A stretch of 34,888 nucleotides of DNA from contig CAVFYN010000171.1 in assembly GCA_963626425.1 (NCBI GenBank), forward strand, positions 1 to 34,888, given 5' to 3'. The notes beneath the pieces are model-generated. The model did no database searches, was not told the DNA's origin, and saw only the letters and a list, made by a program, of their open reading frames with translations. This stretch comes from Bacteroidaceae bacterium. GTDB taxonomy: Bacteria > Bacillota > Clostridia > Oscillospirales > Oscillospiraceae. Shown here piece after piece: positions 27,677 to 34,888 of the stretch (its first letter is position 1; the number at the start of each line of letters is the position of its first letter). The position numbers were made by a program, and so were the translations under genes.

Positions 27677-29662
27677 ATGCGAAAATACCCGCACCTGTCC
27701 GCGCCGATCACTGTGCGCGGCATCACGCTGAAAAACCGCATCCTGGCCACGCCCATCCAGTCGGCTGGAACGACGGCGGACGGCGCGCCGACGGAAAAGG
27801 CGTGCGCGTTCTTCGGCGAGCGCGCCAAGGGCGGCGCGGCCGTCGTCACGATGGGCGAGGCGGCCGTGAACAACGGCTACGCCATCCGCCTCGGGCAGAC
27901 GACGGACTTAACGCGCTTTGACTTCCAGAAAGCCGACGATTTCCACCGCTTCATCTATTCCATCGAGCGCTACGGCGCCGTCCCGTCCATCCAGCTCTGC
28001 CACGCGGGCACGGAGGCCAATCCGCACGATGCGCAGGGCAATGAGCTCCTGCCCATCGGCCCGTCGCCGCGCACGCGCCCGGCCATGGACCGCCCGTCGC
28101 GCACGCCGAACCCGAACCCGCGCCGGATCACGACGCTCGAGATGACGCACGAGCAGATCCGCGAGACGATCGCGGACTTTGCCAATTGCGCGCGCAACGC
28201 AAAGCAGTACGGCTTCAAAATGATCCAGCTGCACGGCGGCCACGGCTGGCTGCTCGACCAGTTCTCGTCCAAGCTCCTCAACCAGCGCACGGACGAGTAC
28301 GGCGGCAGCGCGGAAAACCGCGCGCGCTTCGCCTGCGAGCTGCTGGACGCCATCCGCGCGGCCGTCGGGCCGGAGTTTATCATCGAATACCGCCTGAGCT
28401 GGGATGAAATGTTAGATGGCGGCAATACGCTCGAGGACACCATCGAATTTGCAAAGCACATCCAGGACAAGGTCGACATCATCAACGTCTCCGTCGGCAC
28501 GCACTGGGTGCTCGACCACTGCAACCAGATCTTCCCGCTCTGGTTCGTCCGGCATGGGCTGAACATCGAGGCGGCGGGCGAGATCAAAAAGAACGTCTCG
28601 TGCCTCGTCTCCGTCGTCGGCGGCATCGACGACCCGGCCATGGCCGAGGCGGCGCTCGCCGCGGGCAAGTGCGACTTTATCTCCATGTGCCGCGGCCTCA
28701 TCGCCGACCCACACTGGCCGAACAAGGTCATGGAGGGGCGCGACGACGAGATCATCCCGTGCGTGCGCTGCATCACGTGCCACGACAACATGGCCGCCGA
28801 CGGGACGTTCTGCGCCGTGAACCCGAAAACGCTGCAGGAGCTGTGGCTGCGCGACACGCCGGACGTGACCGCGCGCCGGCGCGTCGTCGTCATCGGCGGC
28901 GGCCCGGGTGGCATGCAGGCAGCCATCACGGCCGCGCAGCGCGGGCACGAGGTCATCCTGCTCGAAAAAGAGCCGGAGCTCGGCGGCATTTTGAAATTCA
29001 CGAACTACCACACGTCGAAAAAGGACATGAACGCTTTTCTCCGCTATCAGATGCACATGCTGGAAAAGCTCGGCGTCGACGTGCGCACGGGCGTCACGGC
29101 CACGCCGGAATACGTGGACGCGCTGGACGCGCACACGGTCATCGCCGCGCTCGGCAGCGAGCCGATCCGGCCGCGCATCCCCGGCGCGGAGCGCGCGATC
29201 AGCGCGCTCGAGGCGTATGCGGAGCAGGACGCGCTCGGCCATCGCGTTGCCGTCATCGGCGGCAACCTGTCCGGGCTGGAGCTCGGCATCGACCTGGCCT
29301 CCGGCGGGCACGAGGTGACGGTCATCGAAATGGCGGACGACGTCGCGCTCGGCGCGCCGACGTTCTACTGGTACGGCGTGAAGGAGGAGCTCGCGCACCA
29401 GCGCGAGCGCATGACCCTCCGCACGGGCGCCGCGTGCGTGGCCGTTGGGGACGGCCGCGTGACGGTGCGCACGGAGGACGGGGAGGAAGAGATCCCCTGC
29501 GACAGCGTCGTCTGCGCCGTCGGCATGCGCGCCCGCGCGGACGAGGCCGACCGCTTTATGGGCTGCGGCCAGCACTTTGTAAAGATCGGCGACTGCGCGC
29601 GCGTCGCGCGCATGAAGCAGGCCGTCACGGCGGGGTATCATGCCGCGCTGAACATCGTCTGA
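27677..29662 (+). CDS. NADH:flavin oxidoreductase of the 2-enoate / 2,4-dienoyl-CoA reductase family (OYE domain + Fe-S + FAD/NAD domain)
   Basis: 661 aa. OYE-like TIM-barrel N-terminus (QLCHAG, HGGHGWLLDQF), a four-Cys cluster CVRCITCHDNMAADGTFC, then VVVIGGGPGG and VAVIGGN Rossmann motifs. Confidence 0.9.
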   Translation: MRKYPHLSAPITVRGITLKNRILATPIQSAGTTADGAPTEKACAFFGERAKGGAAVVTMGEAAVNNGYAIRLGQTTDLTRFDFQKADDFHRFIYSIERYGAVPSIQLCHAGTEANPHDAQGNELLPIGPSPRTRPAMDRPSRTPNPNPRRITTLEMTHEQIRETIADFANCARNAKQYGFKMIQLHGGHGWLLDQFSSKLLNQRTDEYGGSAENRARFACELLDAIRAAVGPEFIIEYRLSWDEMLDGGNTLEDTIEFAKHIQDKVDIINVSVGTHWVLDHCNQIFPLWFVRHGLNIEAAGEIKKNVSCLVSVVGGIDDPAMAEAALAAGKCDFISMCRGLIADPHWPNKVMEGRDDEIIPCVRCITCHDNMAADGTFCAVNPKTLQELWLRDTPDVTARRRVVVIGGGPGGMQAAITAAQRGHEVILLEKEPELGGILKFTNYHTSKKDMNAFLRYQMHMLEKLGVDVRTGVTATPEYVDALDAHTVIAALGSEPIRPRIPGAERAISALEAYAEQDALGHRVAVIGGNLSGLELGIDLASGGHEVTVIEMADDVALGAPTFYWYGVKEELAHQRERMTLRTGAACVAVGDGRVTVRTEDGEEEIPCDSVVCAVGMRARADEADRFMGCGQHFVKIGDCARVARMKQAVTAGYHAALNIV

Positions 29663-29699
29663 CGATACCGTCGGACCCGGACATATGGAGGCGAACAAT

Positions 29700-30284
29700 A
29701 TGAAAAAGATCCTGGCAATTTCCACGAGCCCGAGAAAGGGCGGCAACGCGGACACGATCGTCCACGCGGCGGCCGAGGCCGCGCGCGCAAACGGCGCGGA
29801 TGTGACGGAGGTGTACCTGCGCGAGCAGAACGTGAACTACTGCGTCGCGTGCGGCTTCTGCAAACAGCCCGGCAACGCCGGAAAATGCGCCCAGCGCGAC
29901 GATATGCAGCAGCATCTGGACCTGCTGCAGGAGTGTGACGGCGTCATTTTCTCCACGGGCGTCTACTTCGGCGGCGTCACGGCGCAGGCCAAGACGTTCA
30001 TCGACCGGATGTACGCCCTGTTCGTCCCCGGTCCGCCCCCGAAGAAGGACCCGGACGCGCCGAAGGGCAAGGAGAAAAAGCTGCTCGTCGTCATGACGGA
30101 GGGCATGCCGCGTCCGGACGCCGACCGCGCCCGCGCGGAGGATGTCTACGGCTGCTTCGGCGTGGCGGGATGCAACACGTTCGACTACCTCGTCGTCGAC
30201 GGCTGCCGCGAGAAAACGAGTGCGGCGAACAACCCAGCGCACCTGGCCGCCGCGGCGGAAAAGGGCGCGTGGATCGCGCAATGA
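29700..30284 (+). CDS. flavodoxin-like / NADPH-dependent FMN reductase family protein
   Basis: Start at MKKILAISTSPRKGGN (GGAGG 8 nt upstream), which matches the flavodoxin-fold FMN loop. Confidence 0.85.
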   Translation: MKKILAISTSPRKGGNADTIVHAAAEAARANGADVTEVYLREQNVNYCVACGFCKQPGNAGKCAQRDDMQQHLDLLQECDGVIFSTGVYFGGVTAQAKTFIDRMYALFVPGPPPKKDPDAPKGKEKKLLVVMTEGMPRPDADRARAEDVYGCFGVAGCNTFDYLVVDGCREKTSAANNPAHLAAAAEKGAWIAQ

Positions 30285-30290
30285 TCTCCT

Positions 30291-30327
30291 GCGCCGGGCA
30301 GCTTTTTGGGCTGTCCGGCGCTTTTTT
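30291..30327 (+). terminator. rho-independent terminator
   Basis: GCGCCGGGCAGC-loop-GCTGTCCGGCGC followed by T6. Confidence 0.85.
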
Positions 30328-30381
30328 ACGCTAAACAGTAAAAAATCCCTGATTTATAGGGAAATATTGTGCCCGGAATCA

Positions 30382-30410
30382 TTGACAGGTTTGCTTTGAC
30401 AGTTTATAAT
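30382..30410 (+). promoter_or_regulatory. consensus sigma-70 promoter of the citF-citE operon
   Basis: TTGACA (30382-30387), 17 nt, TATAAT (30405-30410). Confidence 0.7.
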
Positions 30411-30458
30411 TGAGAATAACGAAATGGCGTTTTACATAGTGAAAATTGAGGTGATTCT

Positions 30459-32009
30459 ATGGAAATGATCCGCAATTCCCTTGGCCGGGAGATCCCGGCG
30501 GAGGCCGAGGCCTACGGCAAGGTCAAGCCCTATGAGGGCGCGTTTGCCGCATCCGGCGTCCACAAGACCGTCAGCGCCAACCGGCGCGCGGCCGTGCGCG
30601 GGCAGAGCAAGGTGCTGCCGTCGCTGGCCGAAGCCATCCGCGCCACCGGCCTGAAGGACGGCATGACCGTCTCGTTCCACCACCACCTGCGCAACGGCGA
30701 CAAGGTCGTCTGCCAGGTCATGCAGGCCATCGCCGACGCCGGCATCCGCGACATCCACCTGGCCGCGTCCGGCCTGTTCAAGTGCCACGAGCCGCTCGTG
30801 GCGCTCATGGAGCAGGGTGTCATCACGAAGATCACGACGAGCACGTTCAACCCCGGCCCCGTGCCGAAGGCCGTCACGGCCGGCAAGCTGCAAAAGCCCG
30901 CTGTGCTTCAGACGCACGGCGGCCGCCCGCGCGCCGTGGCCGAGGGCGACCTGCACATCGACGTGGCGTTCATCGCGAGCCCGTCGTGCGACCCCATGGG
31001 CAACCTGAACGGCACGGAGGGCCCGTCCGCCTGCGGCTTCCTGTCCTACGCTTATGCCGACGCGCAGTATGCTGACTGCGTCGTCGCCGTCACCGACAAT
31101 CTCGTCGAATATCCGTGCATGCCCATCGAGATCAGCCAGGAGCAGGTCGACTATGTCGTCAAGGTCGACTCCATCGGCGACCCGTCCGGCATCGTCTCGG
31201 GCACGACGGAGATCACGAAGGACCCCGTCCGCCTCGGCATCGCCGCCGACACCGCCCGCCTCATCGACGCGTCCGGGTACTTGAAGCCCGGCATGTCGTT
31301 CCAGACCGGCGCGGGCACGACGTCGCTGGCCGTCGCCGCGGAGGTCGGCCGCATGATGCACGAGCGCGGCATCGTCGGCTCGTTCGCAAGCGGCGGCATC
31401 CACGCCTACCTCGTGCAGATGCTTGAAGAAGGCCTGTTCCGCGCGCTCATCGACGTGCAGTGCTTCGACCTCGAGGCCGTGCGCTCGGCGCGCGACGACC
31501 GCCGCCATCTCGGCATGAGCGCCGCTATGTACGGCGACATCCACAGCCGCGGCTGCATGGTCAACGACCTCGACGTCGTCATCCTCGGCGCGACGGAGAT
31601 CGACCTGGACTACAACGTCAACGTCATCACCGGCTCCGACGGCACGATCATGGGCGCCTCCGGCGGCCACAGCGACACGGCCGCGGGCGCGAAGCTCACG
31701 ATCGTCGTCTCGAACCTCATGAAAAAGACCCGCTGCCTCGTCAAGCGCGCCGTGACGACCGTCACGACCCCGGGCGAGACGGTCGACGCCCTCGTCACGG
31801 AGTACGGCATCGCCGTCAACCCGCGCAGGACGGATCTCTTGGAAAAGCTCGCCGGCTCCGGCCTGCCGCTCGTCACGATGGAGCAGCTGCTGGAAAAGGG
31901 CTACGAGCTCGGCGCGGTCGACGACCATCCGGACCTCTCCGGCCGCATCGTCGCCCTCGTCGAATACCGCGACGGCACGATCATCGACACCGTGCGCCAG
32001 CCGCTCTGA
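30459..32009 (+). CDS. citF: citrate lyase alpha subunit-like CoA/ACP transferase (CitF family)
   Basis: 516 aa, collinear with CitF as I remember it (GMTVSFHHH, THGGR, IDVAFI, SFQTGAG, NVITGSDG, ASGGHSDTA). Confidence 0.92.
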   Translation: MEMIRNSLGREIPAEAEAYGKVKPYEGAFAASGVHKTVSANRRAAVRGQSKVLPSLAEAIRATGLKDGMTVSFHHHLRNGDKVVCQVMQAIADAGIRDIHLAASGLFKCHEPLVALMEQGVITKITTSTFNPGPVPKAVTAGKLQKPAVLQTHGGRPRAVAEGDLHIDVAFIASPSCDPMGNLNGTEGPSACGFLSYAYADAQYADCVVAVTDNLVEYPCMPIEISQEQVDYVVKVDSIGDPSGIVSGTTEITKDPVRLGIAADTARLIDASGYLKPGMSFQTGAGTTSLAVAAEVGRMMHERGIVGSFASGGIHAYLVQMLEEGLFRALIDVQCFDLEAVRSARDDRRHLGMSAAMYGDIHSRGCMVNDLDVVILGATEIDLDYNVNVITGSDGTIMGASGGHSDTAAGAKLTIVVSNLMKKTRCLVKRAVTTVTTPGETVDALVTEYGIAVNPRRTDLLEKLAGSGLPLVTMEQLLEKGYELGAVDDHPDLSGRIVALVEYRDGTIIDTVRQPL

Positions 32010-32061
32010 TTCATTGCGTTCCCTAAAATTAACTATAAATTGACTCAGGAGGAAAATTACA

Positions 32062-32955
32062 ATGGAAGTCATGAGAACCAGTCTGTACATCCCCGCCAAC
32101 AACCCGGTGTTCGTCGGCAAGTGCTCGAAGTACCCGGCCGACATCATCACGTTCGACATTGAGGACGCCGTCCCGCCCCAGGAGAAGGAGAACGCCCGCA
32201 AGATGGCCGCCGAGAACCTCGTCAAGGCCGGCGAGAACGGCGCCGAGGTCTATGTCCGCGTCAACGGCTGGCACACCGAGTACACCAACGACGACCTCGA
32301 GGCCGTTGTTTACCCGGGCCTGAACGGCATCACCCTGCCGAAGACCCGCAACGCCGACGACGTCAAGCGCCTCGACTGGAAGATCTCCGAGCTCGAGCAG
32401 CGCCGCGGCATCCCGGCCGGCACCGTCAAGATCTCCGTCCTCCTCGAGACGGCTGAGGGCATCATGAACGCCTACGAGATCTGCAAGGCCAGCCCGCGCA
32501 TCGTCTCCGCGTTCTTCGGCGTCGTCGACTACTGCGCCGACATGCGCATCACCCGCACGAACCTCGGCGAGGAGCACAAGATCGCCCGCTCCATCGTCGC
32601 CATCGCCGCGCGTGCCGCCGGTATCGTCGCGCTCGACGGCCCGTTCGCCGATTTCTCCAACATGGAGGACTTCAAGAAGAACACGCTCGACGGCCGCCAG
32701 ATGGGCTTCGAGGGCCGCATGATCATCCATCCGAGCCAGATCGCCGTTGCGCACGAGCTCTACAGCCCGACGGCCGAGGAAGTCGAGCATGCCGCGAAGG
32801 TCAAGAAGTTCTTCGAGGAAGAGGGCCTTGCCAAGGGTCTCGCCTCCGTCTCCATGGACGGCGCCATGGTCGATACCCCAGTGTACACCAGCGCCTGCCA
32901 GGTGCTCGAGCAGTACGCCGCGATCCAGGCCAAGGAGGCCGCCGGCAAGAAATAA
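32062..32955 (+). CDS. citE: citrate lyase beta subunit-like / HpcH-HpaI acyl-CoA lyase (CitE family)
   Basis: 297 aa. RTSLYIPANNP...DIEDAV...VRVN...LPKT...IHPSQI pattern of CitE-like lyases. Confidence 0.9.
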   Translation: MEVMRTSLYIPANNPVFVGKCSKYPADIITFDIEDAVPPQEKENARKMAAENLVKAGENGAEVYVRVNGWHTEYTNDDLEAVVYPGLNGITLPKTRNADDVKRLDWKISELEQRRGIPAGTVKISVLLETAEGIMNAYEICKASPRIVSAFFGVVDYCADMRITRTNLGEEHKIARSIVAIAARAAGIVALDGPFADFSNMEDFKKNTLDGRQMGFEGRMIIHPSQIAVAHELYSPTAEEVEHAAKVKKFFEEEGLAKGLASVSMDGAMVDTPVYTSACQVLEQYAAIQAKEAAGKK

Positions 32956-32967
32956 GGAGGAGTCAGC

Positions 32968-33921
32968 ATGAAAATCGTTCTGCTTGAGCCGCTGGGCATC
33001 ACGGAGCAGCGGCTGGCCGAGCTGGCTGCACCTCTCATTGCCAAGGGGCACGAATTCGTTTCCTACGACACGGTCGAGACCGATCCGGAGGTGCTGAAAA
33101 CACGCGCCGCCGGGGCCGACATCCTCATGATCGCCAATCACCCGCTGCCGGGCGAGGTCATTGAGAGCGTGGAGAATCTTCAGTACATCTCCGTCGCGTT
33201 CGTCGGCATCGACCACGTGGGCAAGGACGCCTGCGTCGCCAAGAACATCCACATTTCCAACGCCGCGGGCTACTGCCGCGACGCCGTGGCCGAGCTCGCG
33301 CTCGGCCTGGCGCTCGACTGCCTGCGCAATATTTCCGCGTGCAACGACGTCGTCCGCCGCGGCGGCACGAAGGCCGGCCTCGTCGGCCATGAGCTGCACG
33401 GCCGCACCGTCGGCATCGTCGGCACGGGCGACACGGGCATCCGCGTCGCGGAGCTCTACCGCGCCTTCGGCTGCCGCGTCCTCGGCTACAGCCGCTCCGA
33501 GCGCGAAGCGGCCAAGAAGGCGGGCGTGGAGTACGTCCCGCTCGACCAGCTGCTCGCCGAGAGCGACATCGTCTCCGTCCACACGCCGCTGACCGACGCC
33601 ACGCGCGGCCTCATCGGCGCGGACGCCGTCGCCAAGATGAAGCAGGGCGCCATCCTCATCAACACCTCCCGCGGCCCGGTCGTCGACTCGGCCGCCGTGG
33701 CGGAGGCGCTCAAGTCCGGCAAGCTCGCCGCGCTCGGCACGGACGTGTTCGAGGTCGAGCCGCCGGTCCCGGAGGATCACCCGTTCTTCGGCGCGCCGAA
33801 TGTCGTTGCCACGCCGCACGTCGCGTTCGCGACCGTCGAGTCCATCGACCGCCGCGCCGTGATCACGTTTGACAACGTGGAAAAGTGGCTTGAGGGCACG
33901 CTCCAGAATCAAATGCTCTGA
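32968..33921 (+). CDS. D-isomer-specific 2-hydroxyacid dehydrogenase family protein
   Basis: 317 aa. NAD fold GIVGTGDTG and a catalytic-type R/E/H pattern (NTSRG ... TPHVA). Confidence 0.92.
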   Translation: MKIVLLEPLGITEQRLAELAAPLIAKGHEFVSYDTVETDPEVLKTRAAGADILMIANHPLPGEVIESVENLQYISVAFVGIDHVGKDACVAKNIHISNAAGYCRDAVAELALGLALDCLRNISACNDVVRRGGTKAGLVGHELHGRTVGIVGTGDTGIRVAELYRAFGCRVLGYSRSEREAAKKAGVEYVPLDQLLAESDIVSVHTPLTDATRGLIGADAVAKMKQGAILINTSRGPVVDSAAVAEALKSGKLAALGTDVFEVEPPVPEDHPFFGAPNVVATPHVAFATVESIDRRAVITFDNVEKWLEGTLQNQML

Positions 33922-33936
33922 TCCCGGTGAGGCGAT

Positions 33937-34716
33937 ATGGAAGAAAAACTCTCCAAACTCAATCAGTCTGTGGAAAAGACCATGCGTCTTGTCGAGATCA
34001 TGGCCCGCTCCGGCGCACCGCGGAAGCTCCAGAGCATCGCGCAGGAGGCGAATATGCCCGCCAGCACGGCGCTGCGGATGCTCAACACGCTGCTCAGGCT
34101 CGGTTATGTGAATCAGGACCCGGAGACCCTGAAGTATTCCCTGTCGCTGAAGTTTTCCCTACTCGGAGAGCTGGCCGCCAAGCAGGTCAGCCCGACGTCG
34201 CTTGCGCATCCGCTTTTGTCCATGCTCAGCCGCAGGACGGGCGAATGCACCTGCTTTGCCGAAAAGCAGGATGACCAGGCGGTGTATCTCGATGTATTTT
34301 CCGATGCGTCGGATGACATTTTAACGGTCACCCGGCGCATCGGCCGCCGTGCTCCGCTCTACTGCACGGGCGTGGGCAAGCTGTTTTTGCTCAACGACTC
34401 GCACGAGGAGCTTGAGCACTATTTCGAGCGCACGCCCATCGTCCGCTATACCGACCGCACCATCACGACGCTCTCCGGCCTCGAGCGCGAGCTCGACGGC
34501 ATCCGCGCGCGCGGCTACGCCGTGGACAACGAGGAGTGCGACCGCGGCGCGCGCTGCATCGTGGCGCCCGTCCGGGACTACACCGGCCGCGTCGTCGCGG
34601 GCATCAGCGTCACGGCGCCGGCGCTCCGCATGACGCCGGAGCGCATGGAGTCGCTCGTGCCGCTCGTGGTCGGGACGGCGGCGCAGATCTCCCGAAAACT
34701 CGCATTTGAGACCTGA
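33937..34716 (+). CDS. IclR-family transcriptional regulator
   Basis: 259 aa. N-terminal winged HTH (LQSIAQEANMPASTALRMLNTL) and a C-terminal IclR effector domain. Confidence 0.92.
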   Translation: MEEKLSKLNQSVEKTMRLVEIMARSGAPRKLQSIAQEANMPASTALRMLNTLLRLGYVNQDPETLKYSLSLKFSLLGELAAKQVSPTSLAHPLLSMLSRRTGECTCFAEKQDDQAVYLDVFSDASDDILTVTRRIGRRAPLYCTGVGKLFLLNDSHEELEHYFERTPIVRYTDRTITTLSGLERELDGIRARGYAVDNEECDRGARCIVAPVRDYTGRVVAGISVTAPALRMTPERMESLVPLVVGTAAQISRKLAFET

Positions 34717-34728
34717 ACGGAGGAACGT

Positions 34729-34888
34729 ATGAAATTATCCAAGATCGCAGTCTTTTCCGACGCGCCGATGCACCGCGTCGTCGAAGATGACCTCGCCCCG
34801 CTCCGCGCCGCGGCGCCGGAATCTGAGATCATCCTCGTCGACACGCCGGAGCAGCTCGCGGAAAAAGCCACGGATGTCGACGCCATTT
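34729..34888 (+). CDS. partial CDS (5' end only), possibly another 2-hydroxyacid dehydrogenase-like protein
   Basis: ATG 34729 with GGAGGA RBS. MKLSKIAVFSDAPMHRVVEDDLAPL... runs off the window end. The function guess is weak. Confidence 0.5.
   Translation, partial: MKLSKIAVFSDAPMHRVVEDDLAPLRAAAPESEIILVDTPEQLAEKATDVDAI

Noticed and set aside
7927-29699. Longer N-terminal extensions offered by the ORF track (starts at 7927, 10513, 10532, 14280, 14833, 17444, 23189, 29685)
   Set aside because: In each case an internal ATG has a canonical GGAG/AGGAGG RBS at 7-10 nt, and from that point the N-terminus matches the family (signal peptide, HTH, GLGNDY and so on). The extensions are basic or Cys-rich junk or overlap upstream genes.

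Overview
GC-rich chromosomal segment of Firmicutes/Clostridia type. The taxon call is an inference from a perfect CIRCE operator before groES-groEL, three ECF-type vitamin S-components, a THF riboswitch and an overlapping lspA-rluD pair. I support about 36 protein-coding genes. In order: an AbrB-like gene with an ABC-2 exporter, yitT, groES/groEL, a lipid kinase, a THUMP RNA methyltransferase, NfeD-SPFH plus a small coupled ORF, and AraC divergent from a non-canonical DapF-like gene followed by an MFS gene. Then come TetR with a frameshifted MATE gene, TPP riboswitch-thiT-thiN, rluD-lspA, a nitroreductase, bioY divergent from birA with a bioO operator, an amidohydrolase-2 gene, and THF riboswitch-folT. 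The last part holds an unlisted 56-aa membrane ORF, an orphan family-5 SBP lipoprotein, a LysR-flavoprotein-enoate reductase-flavodoxin operon, and a citF-citE-2-hydroxyacid dehydrogenase-IclR operon with no citD/C/X/G in the window. I saw no rRNA, tRNA, CRISPR, transposase, integrase or recognisable defence genes. The least ordinary content is: (1) three families of modular palindromic intergenic repeats at four loci, with compensatory stem changes between copies; (2) a DapF-fold protein with both catalytic Cys replaced by Ser, in an AraC/MFS context; (3) an ACP-less citrate-lyase-like CoA-transferase/lyase operon; (4) a bai-like two-flavoenzyme ene-reductase operon. The many very long ORFs antisense to real genes are GC-driven shadow ORFs. 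Hand-derived coordinates of non-CDS features may be off by 1-2 nt.
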